DNA of 64,000 nucleotides from a virus (lineage: Duplodnaviria; Heunggongvirae; Uroviricota; Caudoviricetes): IMG/VR virus record IMGVR_UViG_3300042154_004306; one strand, written 5' to 3'. This document shows, one piece after another, positions 1 through 9,632 of the stretch. The position numbers were made by a program, and so were the translations under genes. The number at the start of each line of letters is the position of its first letter. The stretch's first letter is position 1. The notes under the pieces were generated by a model. That model did not search any database. It worked only from the letters and a program-made list of their open reading frames with translations, and was not told the origin of the DNA.

Positions 1-617
1 GCCTTTTTCATGGTTTTCTTGATAGCATCTACCGTTACGTTATTATTTATATAGTTTGATAGTTTTGTCAAAAACTCTTCTTTGTTCTTTGAATTCTGAT
101 ACATCATCTTTAGTAGAGTTTTACTAGGTAACTTAACCTTGACCGATAAGTTTAGGTCAGTGTCCTCAAGTGAAAACATTCCAAATAGATCTCCTGGATC
201 AGCGACTAACTGAATTTTTGCTGGTTCTGGTGCAAGTTGAGCAGGCTGTCCACCAATAATAGGCTGAGCCGTTACTGCTTGTGACTTGATCTCATCTACG
301 AATTCAGTAGGAATATCAGCTGACACCTGGACCTCTTCTGAAAGAGATGGAATGTAATTAATTGACTGGATTTCAGCAAAGGATAGAGGTTCTTGGCCAT
401 CAGTTATCATCATTAGGTTAGATGAAACTAGGTCAGTATCAATTTGCGCGCCATCTGACAACATTGCAAGAAATCTCCCGTTTCGACCAGGAACAACGTC
501 TCTAACCTCTACTATTTTACCCATTTTATTTGGGTCATTTGTTTTTATCCACTGGAATTTATTAGCTTGAAAACTTGATTTTACAGCTATCAGCGTTTCT
601 ATATCGTATCCATTCAT
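1..617 (-). CDS. hypothetical protein (partial, runs off the left window edge)
   Basis: Hand translation from ATG at 617 gives MNGYDIETLIAVKSSFQANKFQWIKT...VDAIKKTMKK, open to position 1. It is not in the ORF track because no stop lies in the window. No polymerase motifs. Confidence 0.8.
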   Translation of the reverse strand, partial: MNGYDIETLIAVKSSFQANKFQWIKTNDPNKMGKIVEVRDVVPGRNGRFLAMLSDGAQIDTDLVSSNLMMITDGQEPLSFAEIQSINYIPSLSEEVQVSADIPTEFVDEIKSQAVTAQPIIGGQPAQLAPEPAKIQLVADPGDLFGMFSLEDTDLNLSVKVKLPSKTLLKMMYQNSKNKEEFLTKLSNYINNNVTVDAIKKTMKK

Positions 618-642
618 AATTTTATGTAGTATTTTTTTAAAC

Positions 643-2019
643 TTATTTAGCATCGTCTAGTTGCTCTTCTAATTTTTTCATTTCGTTCTTTGTGTCCACA
701 CGACCGTTATACAAACGGGTTAATATAGTGCGAGCTGCTGAATCGAACTTTTTAGTAAATAGAGTATTGTTTTTAGTTAGAACTTGATCTTCAGTCGGTT
801 CTTGATCAGGTTTACTTTTTCCTAAATACGCATCCGGCGAAATATTAAATTGGATTTGAATGTTAGGATACATTGACGCAAAGTCAAAACATGATACGTA
901 CTTATAGTATCCGGGTTCAGGTTTTGCAACGTATGCACCATCGTAAGTTGCATCTTCTTCAAGATCTCTTCGATCGTTTGCCATGTATAAACCACGTTCC
1001 AAGAATTCTCTACACATTAAGGTTTCAGTAATGAATACTGCTGAGAATACTTTAGAAACATCGACTCTTGCAAATTTAGAGATTGCAAAGGCTACATCAA
1101 GTAGACCAAGCTTGTCTTCTATTAATTTAATAAGAATCGTATCAATGATGTTGTACTTAATGAAGTTTTCAACATCTTGTTGAGCTTCTATCATTGTTGC
1201 ATATTCACTATGCAATTTAGTAGTTCCAAGCACAAGGTTTGCGATGTATTCCAACTTATAGTTTTCAACAACCTTATACGGCTTGGTATTCATGAAAACT
1301 TCCATGTAATCCAGAAGTCCCATGTGAACTGGCATTTTGGCTTTACCAATCAATGTTTTAGAAGGCATTTTTGCCATTGGCTCAATTCCTAAATTCTTAC
1401 AACGATTAATTAAGTACAACCAGTCAAATCCGATTACGTTCCAACCTGTTAAGAATGGAATTTTTGGCAGAACTTTATGAAAGAACACGGTCATCATCTC
1501 AACCTCAGTTTCAAAAAACAGATACTTAAGAGTAAAGTCTTGACCGTGAGCCTTAAAGTAATCGTTAACTTCATCTTGTAGTTGAGAAATTACTGGAGTC
1601 TCTAAGTTCTTCATGGTTGACATTACAAAACAAATATTATCCTCATTCACAAACGTTATTAAATTAACGGGCATCGCGGCTTTATTTGGATCTGGGAAAT
1701 CGGTTGACAATAGCTGAATCTCAATATCCAGATAATACTTTTTCGGACTATCATCTGAATAAATTGAAGCTAACTCAGTTTGATCTAATCGAGTTTGGGT
1801 CAATTCTTCAAGTCTAAAACGGCTTAACCATTTACCTTGAACTTTTTTTAGAAATCTTCCATCCCAGTTACGGTGTTCAGTCGGAGTTGGAGTTAGATTC
1901 CAGTTGTAAAGGTCATGTGGCAAAATTGGTTTTTTCATAAATCCAATTGTTCCATCGGGCTTATAATACGAAATGGCTAGCGTTGAGTCTTCCGTGTGAA
2001 ATTCGGTACTTATAATCAT
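643..2019 (-). CDS. family B DNA polymerase, N-terminal subunit (3'-5' exonuclease plus motif A) of a split polymerase
   Basis: ExoI YLDIEI, ExoII GWNVIGFDW, ExoIII YNIID, YDGAYV and motif A FDFASMYPNI. Ends at TAA before motif B (KxxxNSxYG) and motif C (DTDS). Confidence 0.9.
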   Translation of the reverse strand: MIISTEFHTEDSTLAISYYKPDGTIGFMKKPILPHDLYNWNLTPTPTEHRNWDGRFLKKVQGKWLSRFRLEELTQTRLDQTELASIYSDDSPKKYYLDIEIQLLSTDFPDPNKAAMPVNLITFVNEDNICFVMSTMKNLETPVISQLQDEVNDYFKAHGQDFTLKYLFFETEVEMMTVFFHKVLPKIPFLTGWNVIGFDWLYLINRCKNLGIEPMAKMPSKTLIGKAKMPVHMGLLDYMEVFMNTKPYKVVENYKLEYIANLVLGTTKLHSEYATMIEAQQDVENFIKYNIIDTILIKLIEDKLGLLDVAFAISKFARVDVSKVFSAVFITETLMCREFLERGLYMANDRRDLEEDATYDGAYVAKPEPGYYKYVSCFDFASMYPNIQIQFNISPDAYLGKSKPDQEPTEDQVLTKNNTLFTKKFDSAARTILTRLYNGRVDTKNEMKKLEEQLDDAK

Positions 2020-2037
2020 GTTTTACTATTTTACTAA

Positions 2038-2517
2038 TTAATAATCATTTTGTTGACGCGTTCTATTCTCTTCGTTCTTAGACATGTACATGTTGTACAT
2101 CTCCTGAGGGGTCATTCCTATCGAAATTGCATAATTCATAAAGAAGTGTAACATGTCAATCACTTCAAATTTGCACTCCAGTTGATCGTCATCTGATAAA
2201 TCCGAGAACTTCTTATCTGAGTAGCCTTCGTGTGCCGTTTTCCATCTTTTCCAGATGGCATTGCCGCCACCGTCCTTGATTCCTCCTAGTGCATCGGTTG
2301 CTTCGTGAATTTCATCAATCATTGCATGATTATTCATGTGCCAAAATGTCATTAGGTCACGGAGAGTCATGTTTTTGAAGTCATATCCGTAAACATTCTT
2401 TTGAGTATCGGCTTGTAAGTTAATAATGTCGCCGAGTGTGTCCTTGTTCTGGCCGGTGCGATCTGACCAAAGGTCCTTAATTTCTAATTTTGCGCAGGAG
2501 TTGTCTGTATTTGCCAT
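2038..2517 (-). CDS. dimeric dUTPase/dCTP pyrophosphatase (T4 gp56-like, all-alpha NTP-PPase)
   Basis: DEIHE..DALGG, WKRWK, KFEVIDMLHFFMN and KNEENRTRQQNDY motifs. Confidence 0.8.
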   Translation of the reverse strand: MANTDNSCAKLEIKDLWSDRTGQNKDTLGDIINLQADTQKNVYGYDFKNMTLRDLMTFWHMNNHAMIDEIHEATDALGGIKDGGGNAIWKRWKTAHEGYSDKKFSDLSDDDQLECKFEVIDMLHFFMNYAISIGMTPQEMYNMYMSKNEENRTRQQNDY

Positions 2518-2539
2518 ATTTAGTTAGTTTTTACAAGAT

Positions 2540-2566
2540 CTTTTACCCCAAACGTGAAAAAAGTTT
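2540..2566 (-). promoter_or_regulatory. non-late promoter AAACT-N13-GGGTAAAAG
   Basis: Same spacing as six other sites; 23 nt upstream of the gp56-like gene. Confidence 0.55.
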
Positions 2567-2587
2567 AAGTTTATTATGCCGGCGGTT

Positions 2588-2656
2588 GATAAATAACTAA
2601 AGACGCAACTAGCCCAAGTTCAAAAAGTGCGAATTTGGACTTAATGCGATAAATAA
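2588..2656 (+). promoter_or_regulatory. two tandem late promoters GATAAATAA (2588-2596, 2648-2656)
   Basis: T4 late-promoter-like (TATAAATA) element, present twice upstream of the sheath gene. Confidence 0.7.
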
Positions 2657-2684
2657 ATAACTTCAAAATAATACGCAAAAAGCG

Positions 2685-5600
2685 ATGGCAGAAAAATTAA
2701 ATCTGAACCGATTCAAGTCAAGCGGTGTCTACACAGTCGAAATTGACGAAAGCACCAGTCTCAGCTTACCTTTATCAACGGGAAGACTTGTAATAGGAAC
2801 CAGCAAAAAGGGACCTATCAACTCAGTAGTACTAATCAATGACTTACGTTCATTAATAACAGTATACGGAGAAAATGATTCTAAACTAGAAAAGAACGGA
2901 AGCTTCTTTCATAGAACTATAGAAGTAGCTTTGAGACAAGGCCCAGTTTACGCTTTGAATCTTTTACCAGTTGCAGATACGGACGTTGCATACTTTACAA
3001 CATTCAATACTGAATCGGCATCAAATAATTCAACTTGGGCTGCTAATCTTTATCAAGATAGTCTTTCACGATTCTACAATACTCAGAAACTATGGTTTGC
3101 TGATGTTGACGCCGTTAACAAGTACAAAAACATTCAGTTAGGAGACTCATTCCCAGCAACCGGAACCGCAGACAGAGATGCAAATAAACTTTTAAGTTTA
3201 GTTAACCTTTCTAAGAAAGCTGTTACTACATGGGTTAGAGTAGCTGATACTACTGGATACGACATTAAAGTTCAGGAATACTACAAACTTTTAGGAGATA
3301 AGGTAGAAATTCCAGAATTCTTACACCCAGACGATTATGTAGCAGATTACTTTGTTGAAGTCGCGGTAGTTGAAGGAGATTGGACAGATTACGTTAGACT
3401 TTCAAAAGATCCAATTTACGGACAGTTCTTTAATCCATCGGGCATTGAACTTGCAAAGATGAATGATTTTCTTTCATTGAGAGAAGTTTCAGTAGTAAAT
3501 CGTACGATCGGAGCAATGATTCCGGATTTCAGAGATTTAACTGGAGCGATTGCTTCAATTGATTCACTATTTAACAGAAAGTTTAGTCAATCTGGAGTAT
3601 TTTGCGCAGTTGACTACAAGAAAGTTGACATGATTGACTTAACTAATGCTACATTCAGTAGCGGTAGTTCAACTGAGCCTAGTGCACAGCAAAGAATTGA
3701 TCTAGTAGGTTATGGTTTTGATGAACTTAACACAACTGACGGTACTAAGCAACTTTACACAGTAGATAACGGAATCAGCACAGTTGATCCAGTTGCACTA
3801 ATCGATGTATTAAGCTATAGAAAATCAGCTGGATACGAGTACTATTTCGCATTAGATGACACTGATTATAATTTAACTTATGCTGCTGGCGAAACGTACA
3901 CAATTCAAAAGCTGGCAGGTCCATCTAATTTACCAACTGGTGACAAGTATATAGTTGCAACCATTGGAAGTAAATTGTATACTGCATGGGCAAACGGCTT
4001 CATTAAAACTGGAGATACTTTGCACTACTTGACAGCTCCATCAGGTACGCCTACTACTCTTTACTTATCGACTGACGGTTTGGTTAAAACTCAAAACACC
4101 GGTCAAATCAAGTACATTGAATTCTATGCTTATCAAGATGCAGCATTCCAAAACCAAGTTGACGTTGAGTACATAACTGACGGTATCGCTAGTCCAGCAC
4201 CAGCTTATCTACATATCAAATCAACTACAGTTACTCAATTTAAAGCGACTTTTGACTTAACTGATTCTAACTACTTCATCACTACTGGAGCTAACAATTA
4301 CAGATTCTTTTCTCCAAATCAAGTAGTATTTACGCTTAATCCTTCACTTTATGGAAATACCGCTAAGAAAGAAGTTGCAAACACCGGATACACATACGAT
4401 TCAACTAAGAGAACTTTAATAGATTCATTCTTTAAGGTTGGACAATTGGTTAAAGCTGGTATTGTAAAAGATGCTAACGGAGACCCGGTTATTCGTAATC
4501 GTGCACTAAAAATTAAATCAATTTACAGTCAACTGGTTACTGTAAACTACGGTCCTTCTAACTTACCTCTTAAAACTCTAAAATACACGGTTACTGTTGA
4601 TACTGCGGCTGATTCAAATATCACAGGTATTGATATTACTCCATCAGCATTAGGCGGAAATGCAGGTCTTATCGTTTACAAAGGAATTAAAAACTACGTA
4701 ACTGATATTAGAGGATTTTATGTACCAGCAATGCAAGTTGACGAAAGCGGATTGTATCCTAACGGAACAGCTGATCGTCAAAACACTATTTTGGACTACA
4801 TGTTCAACGATACAAACATTGCTTCTACCTTAGCCGATAATGAAACTCTAGATTACCGTTACATTATTGATTCTTATGAAGGTCAAATTTGGAGCTCTTC
4901 TAAACAACAACTTACTCAACTTGCAGCAAATCACGGAAAAGCTTTAGCTATCCTAAATGCTCCATCTTTTGCACAATATGAGAAATCAATTGATCCAAGC
5001 TTCATTGATGTTAACACTAATTTAGTATCAGCTGAATTTATTTCAACTGGTGGTAACTTATCATCTAATCCATCTTACACATTCGGATTTGCAACTGGAG
5101 AGAAAGGCGGTATTTCAATAGCATCTTATTCTGCATATTTCATGCCTAACTTAGTAATCTTCGAAGGAGGTAGAAACAAATCAATTCCACCGGCTGCCTA
5201 TGTTGCAAATACTTACATGAAGAAGTACTCTAGTGGAAATACTTTCTCAATCGTAGCAGGAAAAAGAGGTATAATCTCTGAACCAGAAATTACAGGAGTT
5301 GAGTATGACTTAACTAATGATGATAGAGACTTCTTGGAGCCAGTAGGTTTCAACTTGATCGTTAGACGTAGAGGTTTTGGTGTTATGATTTTCTCAAACA
5401 ACACTGGATACCAAAAAGTTAAATCAGCTCTTAATAACGTTCACGTAAGAGAAGCTCTAGTAACGATTGAAAGAGATATTGAAAGAATCTTGTTGAACTT
5501 CCTATTTGACTTCAATGATACTACTACCCGATTAAGAGTTAAAACTCTGGTTAAGAACTACCTAACGGCGGTTCAAGACGCTAGAGGTATCTCAACATTC

Positions 5601-5777
5601 GATGTAGTATTTGATGATTCAAACAACGGAACTGAAGTTCTTGAAAATAACGCGGGTATCATTGATATAGTTGTTGATTTTCCAAGAGGTATTCACAAGT
5701 TCATCAACCGTATCACAATCACAAGAGCTGGCGGTCAACTTGCTTCAAACTCTACTGGATTTACTCCATCATTCTAA
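2685..5777 (+). CDS. contractile tail sheath protein (gp18-like)
   Basis: N-terminal SGVYTVEID..IGTSKKGP. The C-terminal sheath domain reads IPPAAYVA..AGKRG..DRDFL..NVHVREAL..FLFDFND..RGI..FDVVFDDSNN. Confidence 0.9.
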   Translation: MAEKLNLNRFKSSGVYTVEIDESTSLSLPLSTGRLVIGTSKKGPINSVVLINDLRSLITVYGENDSKLEKNGSFFHRTIEVALRQGPVYALNLLPVADTDVAYFTTFNTESASNNSTWAANLYQDSLSRFYNTQKLWFADVDAVNKYKNIQLGDSFPATGTADRDANKLLSLVNLSKKAVTTWVRVADTTGYDIKVQEYYKLLGDKVEIPEFLHPDDYVADYFVEVAVVEGDWTDYVRLSKDPIYGQFFNPSGIELAKMNDFLSLREVSVVNRTIGAMIPDFRDLTGAIASIDSLFNRKFSQSGVFCAVDYKKVDMIDLTNATFSSGSSTEPSAQQRIDLVGYGFDELNTTDGTKQLYTVDNGISTVDPVALIDVLSYRKSAGYEYYFALDDTDYNLTYAAGETYTIQKLAGPSNLPTGDKYIVATIGSKLYTAWANGFIKTGDTLHYLTAPSGTPTTLYLSTDGLVKTQNTGQIKYIEFYAYQDAAFQNQVDVEYITDGIASPAPAYLHIKSTTVTQFKATFDLTDSNYFITTGANNYRFFSPNQVVFTLNPSLYGNTAKKEVANTGYTYDSTKRTLIDSFFKVGQLVKAGIVKDANGDPVIRNRALKIKSIYSQLVTVNYGPSNLPLKTLKYTVTVDTAADSNITGIDITPSALGGNAGLIVYKGIKNYVTDIRGFYVPAMQVDESGLYPNGTADRQNTILDYMFNDTNIASTLADNETLDYRYIIDSYEGQIWSSSKQQLTQLAANHGKALAILNAPSFAQYEKSIDPSFIDVNTNLVSAEFISTGGNLSSNPSYTFGFATGEKGGISIASYSAYFMPNLVIFEGGRNKSIPPAAYVANTYMKKYSSGNTFSIVAGKRGIISEPEITGVEYDLTNDDRDFLEPVGFNLIVRRRGFGVMIFSNNTGYQKVKSALNNVHVREALVTIERDIERILLNFLFDFNDTTTRLRVKTLVKNYLTAVQDARGISTFDVVFDDSNNGTEVLENNAGIIDIVVDFPRGIHKFINRITITRAGGQLASNSTGFTPSF

Positions 5778-5793
5778 AAGACAAACGCTACTT

Positions 5794-5828
5794 AATAAAA
5801 AAAGGACTCATTCGAGTCCTTTTTTATT
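5794..5828. terminator. bidirectional intrinsic terminator
   Basis: AAAAAAAGGACTC-attc-GAGTCCTTTTTT between convergent genes. Confidence 0.85.
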
Positions 5829-5865
5829 TAGGGCCGACCGGTCGGTCAGCGTTCCACCACTCGGT

Positions 5866-6483
5866 TTAAGTCCGATAACTGTAGTCTTCAGCTGGGCCTA
5901 GAATTTCCTCAACCACTCGAATTGTATCAGTCGAATCGTTATGTAAAACTCCAATTCCGCCAGCATTAGTCCATTTTTCTAGTTTTTTATTGAAATCATC
6001 GATTAACAGAGGTTCCTTTTTAAATAGAGTTTTTGCAGGCTCAACGTAATCGTGCTTGTGATTAGCTAAGATAAATCGGGTGTCCTTTGTAAAATTTTGA
6101 GGGTCCGTTACTGGATCTTGGTCAATTCCTAAATGAAGCTTTACCCATTTAGCCTTTCCGGTAAAACAGCCTGGGTGTTTACTTGGAGAGGACAAAATTA
6201 TTGGATCGTATTGCTTAAGATAGTCCCATAGTTCCCTACCGTCCTTCATCCATTGTAGATTTTCCCAGAAGGATTCGCCTAACTCATCGATTAGCGGCCA
6301 TAGTGAATCTTTACCATGCTCCTTTTCATAGGCTTTAGGCGAAAGCTTTTCAGTATTGCTAGCTAGTTCAATGAACCCTCTATTGAAATCAACTAGTACT
6401 CCATCAAGATCACAAAAGATCCTAAAGTCATTTGATTTTTCTTCGTTCACGAATTGAGTGAAGCTTTTAAGATTACTGCTCAT
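5866..6483 (-). CDS. HAD-family 5'(3')-deoxyribonucleotidase-like protein
   Basis: FCDLDGVLVDF (DxDGV), ILSS, K..W and LIDD motifs; ends W..AGGIGVLH. Confidence 0.8.
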   Translation of the reverse strand: MSSNLKSFTQFVNEEKSNDFRIFCDLDGVLVDFNRGFIELASNTEKLSPKAYEKEHGKDSLWPLIDELGESFWENLQWMKDGRELWDYLKQYDPIILSSPSKHPGCFTGKAKWVKLHLGIDQDPVTDPQNFTKDTRFILANHKHDYVEPAKTLFKKEPLLIDDFNKKLEKWTNAGGIGVLHNDSTDTIRVVEEILGPAEDYSYRT

Positions 6484-6802
6484 TTAATTCAAATTGGGTT
6501 TCTTGATCCTTATTGATTATGGCTAAGAGATCGTTTGCCATTACTAGGTGGTAGCTTTGACTATCCCATTTTACGTCAAGACCTGAGTATCTTTGGTAAA
6601 GAACTCTATCCCCAACTTTAACTGGGCATTTTGAATTGTCTGAGACTAGGTGACCTAATCCGACTACTTTGCCAGTATTTGGACGTTTACGTGCATCTAC
6701 TGAAAGTAGAATACCTGTCTCAGTTTTTAGTTCTACGCTGTCTGGTAGAATTAGGAGTCTTTCAAATAATGGAATAAATCCTTGTTGAACGTCTATGCTC
6801 AT
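6473..6802 (-). CDS. groES: co-chaperonin GroES
   Basis: PLFERLLI..KTETGILL..GKVVGLG..VKVGDRVLYQRYSG..DLLAII. Confidence 0.9.
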   Translation of the reverse strand: MSIDVQQGFIPLFERLLILPDSVELKTETGILLSVDARKRPNTGKVVGLGHLVSDNSKCPVKVGDRVLYQRYSGLDVKWDSQSYHLVMANDLLAIINKDQETQFELNEQ

Positions 6803-7911
6803 TAGTTCTTATAATTTTTTTTAAATTTGTAATAATTAAATTTACGTCTTGCTGTTAAGTCAACACTTTGTTTTATTGATTCTAATACGTCAGTTGGAAA
6901 AAAGGCAGTGCTTAATCGAATTAGCGTCTTATTACGAGTAAGGTTATTCTCAATCGTCTGCCATTCACCAGGTTCCTTTATCTTTAGCACGTCACATGTA
7001 ACTTCACGTAAAATATCAATGAACCCTTGATCACCTGAATCGATTAGAGGAGTGATCTCTTTCCAGTCATACGATTCACGCAAGTGATCGATTATCTTGG
7101 TTACCTTGGAAGCAGTCATTTTTGGATGAACTCTTGGAATATTATCTGAAGAATCTCCACCTAAGCACTTAGTTAGAATGTCTAGTGTTGGATCAACCGT
7201 TAGATGTATATAATCCTTTTGGGTCAAATCGTTAATTATATTAACGATTGCCGAATTGTCGATTGATTCAATGTCAAAATTGAATAGATTAATCTCAGCT
7301 TCTTGGACCTGACCGAAATCTTCAGTAGTGTAGATCTTTTTATACTTAGTCATTTGCTTTGGCATTATTAGGATTACTTTACGTTTGCTGCTTTCAAGTA
7401 ATTGAGTTAAGTCCTTGTCTACTGACCAAATGCAGATGTCTTCTCTTAGGTTTTCGCAAATATAGGCGATTAAATCATCACCTTCCGCTCCAGGAACCCG
7501 GTTAATAACAATTCCGTATTCTTCAGAAATTGTGTTTAAGATTTCAGTTTGGAAGTATTCAAAAAAGAGATAGATTTTATCATCGTACTTACGTTGACCT
7601 TTGTAAGAGAAGTCTCCCTCACCGTGAGCTTCAAAGTGCTCCTTGATGTATTTCTTTCTCCAACTTTTAGAGTCAAATACGAAAAATACGGAACTGATAT
7701 TTTCCTTAAACGGAGCAAGAATACTTCCAAGGTAGTTCACTGAAAAAGCCCTGAAAGTATCCTTACTTGCCTGTTTAAGCATGAATTTGTCATCGTTTAA
7801 CAGATCAGAGACGTAATACTTTTCGCCCACTCGTTTGTCATTAGCTAAGATGTTCTTGGCTATGCTAACAGCTACGTTAAGAAAGGCATTTCCATCAATG
7901 ATTAAATTCAT
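6802..7911 (-). CDS. T4 RNase H-like 5'-3' exonuclease/flap endonuclease
   Basis: IIDGN, FDSKSWRK, YKGQR, EGDDLIA, SVDKDLTQL and GDSSDNIP acidic motifs. Confidence 0.9.
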   Translation of the reverse strand: MNLIIDGNAFLNVAVSIAKNILANDKRVGEKYYVSDLLNDDKFMLKQASKDTFRAFSVNYLGSILAPFKENISSVFFVFDSKSWRKKYIKEHFEAHGEGDFSYKGQRKYDDKIYLFFEYFQTEILNTISEEYGIVINRVPGAEGDDLIAYICENLREDICIWSVDKDLTQLLESSKRKVILIMPKQMTKYKKIYTTEDFGQVQEAEINLFNFDIESIDNSAIVNIINDLTQKDYIHLTVDPTLDILTKCLGGDSSDNIPRVHPKMTASKVTKIIDHLRESYDWKEITPLIDSGDQGFIDILREVTCDVLKIKEPGEWQTIENNLTRNKTLIRLSTAFFPTDVLESIKQSVDLTARRKFNYYKFKKNYKN

Positions 7912-7918
7912 GTTAGTT

Positions 7919-8206
7919 TTATTTAGATTGTTCTACATTAGGTTGAGGTTTGCTCAACGTTTTAATAGCTTTTGCAATTAACTCAGCTTCGTCCAAGTTA
8001 AATATTCCTTTTGCTTGACAGTGATTAGCTGATGAAACTAGCACAAGGACTGCATGCTCTGGAGTTAAGTTTGCCAAGAATTTTTCGTAATCTGCTTGGT
8101 CTGTGTAACTTATTGAAGACAGTAGAGTTGCAATGGGTTGCGATGTCTCAGTCTGTGGAGTTTCAACTGCATTAGTTTTTTTAGGAGCTGCTTTCTTAGG
8201 TGCCAT
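7919..8206 (-). CDS. hypothetical protein
   Basis: 95-aa ORF tightly packed and co-oriented in the SSB-RNase H operon. Confidence 0.7.
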   Translation of the reverse strand: MAPKKAAPKKTNAVETPQTETSQPIATLLSSISYTDQADYEKFLANLTPEHAVLVLVSSANHCQAKGIFNLDEAELIAKAIKTLSKPQPNVEQSK

Positions 8207-8221
8207 GTTATTTGGATATTT

Positions 8222-9280
8222 TTATAGGTTTGCGAATAAATCGTCTAGGTCATCAGATTTAGCTGAAGCTGATTTAGCTGGAGAAGCTTTTGCAGCCGGC
8301 GCAGGTTCACTTGCTAAATCATCATCAAGGTCAATTGACATTGCACTAGATTTTGAAGCTGGTGCTGGAGAGAATTCAATATCTTCTCCCATTGGAGCCT
8401 GTGAACGATTTACCGGTTTTGAGTTGGTGAAGTGTTTCTTCATTCTCTCATCCTTGGTATTTGAAACTAGGTTATCAATGATTTGCTTGTAAGGAATGAT
8501 TGCTTTAATGTAGTCTGCAACCTTTTCATACTCATAGTCAGTCCATTCTTTTAAGAAGTATTGGCTCATGTCTGGTGAATTCTTTTTAAAGTATTCACTA
8601 GTGAATTGCATTACTTTAGGATCGTTAGAAACTGGAATTTCTTTTCCTGCATGAGTAATGATTAACGGACTAACTTCATTCATGAATTTACTTGAGCTAA
8701 AATCTCTCCATGCTTTAGTTTTACGCTTAATAACTAATACAAAATCCTTACCTTGAGTAAGTGAGAATGGATTGATTTTTTGAGTCGTTACTAATTCAGA
8801 TTCTGGATTGATTTCTTGTTGAATCAAGTTATCAATTGTGTAACCGTATGAGTACACTTTGATTTGACCTTCTAAGTTAGGAAACTGAGGATCTTTCTTG
8901 ACGTAAACGCAAGAGTAGTAGTTGTAATAACGGTTGAAATACTTTTGGATTTCCTCAACGATTTGAGGTTCCTCATTTTTCAAACGTTTCAACTCTAGAT
9001 CTAAAGTCCAAAGAATTGATGAAGCTCCCGTAGTTGAAGGGCAGTCCACCCACAATTTCTCATTGGTTAGAGGGTTGGTAAGTTTAGCAGCATACTTCTT
9101 GTAGCGGCTCTTAGACGGATCCGTTACCCATGGGATAAAACGAATTACCGATTTGTAAATACCGTTCTGACCTTGGTCTGGACCGGGATTGTACATGTTC
9201 TCGTCGACTTTACGAGCAGCGGATGATGATTTTCCTGAGAAATCATCGAGATTGAGATTGAATAGATCTTCCATGTTCAA
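8222..9280 (-). CDS. single-stranded DNA-binding protein (gp32-like)
   Basis: VIRFIPW, VYVKKDP..EGQIKVYSYG, NPF...GKDF and DFSSSKF, plus an acidic C-terminal tail DDLDDLFANL. Confidence 0.85.
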   Translation of the reverse strand: MNMEDLFNLNLDDFSGKSSSAARKVDENMYNPGPDQGQNGIYKSVIRFIPWVTDPSKSRYKKYAAKLTNPLTNEKLWVDCPSTTGASSILWTLDLELKRLKNEEPQIVEEIQKYFNRYYNYYSCVYVKKDPQFPNLEGQIKVYSYGYTIDNLIQQEINPESELVTTQKINPFSLTQGKDFVLVIKRKTKAWRDFSSSKFMNEVSPLIITHAGKEIPVSNDPKVMQFTSEYFKKNSPDMSQYFLKEWTDYEYEKVADYIKAIIPYKQIIDNLVSNTKDERMKKHFTNSKPVNRSQAPMGEDIEFSPAPASKSSAMSIDLDDDLASEPAPAAKASPAKSASAKSDDLDDLFANL

Positions 9281-9301
9281 AAATGATTTTTAATTTATAA
9301 A

Positions 9302-9328
9302 ATTGTACTAAAAAACCGTAAGTAGTTT
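9302..9328 (-). promoter_or_regulatory. non-late promoter AAACT-N13-TAGTACAAT
   Basis: Conserved bipartite motif upstream of the gp32-like gene. Confidence 0.65.
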
Positions 9329-9330
9329 CA

Positions 9331-9363
9331 AAAAATAAGGGCGAGTTTTTTAGACTCGCCCTT
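9331..9363 (-). terminator. intrinsic terminator
   Basis: AAGGGCGAGT/ACTCGCCCTT inverted repeat followed on the minus strand by ATTTTT. Confidence 0.75.
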
Positions 9364-9387
9364 TAAAGTGAACTTTTTATTGAGAGA

Positions 9388-9579
9388 TTAAGCGGTAGGC
9401 TCGTTAGTCTTTGCTTCCTGAACGTGTGTTCTGCCGGCTTGACAAACTGCTTTAATATCTTGCAAAAGTTTACGAGTTCTAGTTCCAGCAGATTTATTGC
9501 CCTTTTCGTAGAACTTCACAGTTTCGTTTTCAAGTTGAGAAACTGTTTCTTTTAATTCGGTTAACCATTGTGGTGTCAT
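9388..9579 (-). CDS. histone H1-like (Hc1-type) small basic protein
   Basis: KFYEKGNKSAGTRTRK..Q.IK...Q..R..VQ pattern of the roughly 60-aa Bacteroidota 'histone H1' family. Confidence 0.7.
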   Translation of the reverse strand: MTPQWLTELKETVSQLENETVKFYEKGNKSAGTRTRKLLQDIKAVCQAGRTHVQEAKTNEPTA

Positions 9580-9599
9580 AATTTCAAAGATTTTTTTAT

Positions 9600-9626
9600 C
9601 TTATATAGTAAAACTTCACCAGGTTT
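9600..9626 (-). promoter_or_regulatory. non-late promoter AAACC-N13-CTATATAAG
   Basis: Motif upstream of the Hc1-like gene. Confidence 0.5.
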
Positions 9627-9632
9627 TAAATA

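Noticed and set aside
5834-5845. 12-bp palindrome CCGACCGGTCGG
   Set aside because: Single occurrence next to a terminator; no evidence of function.
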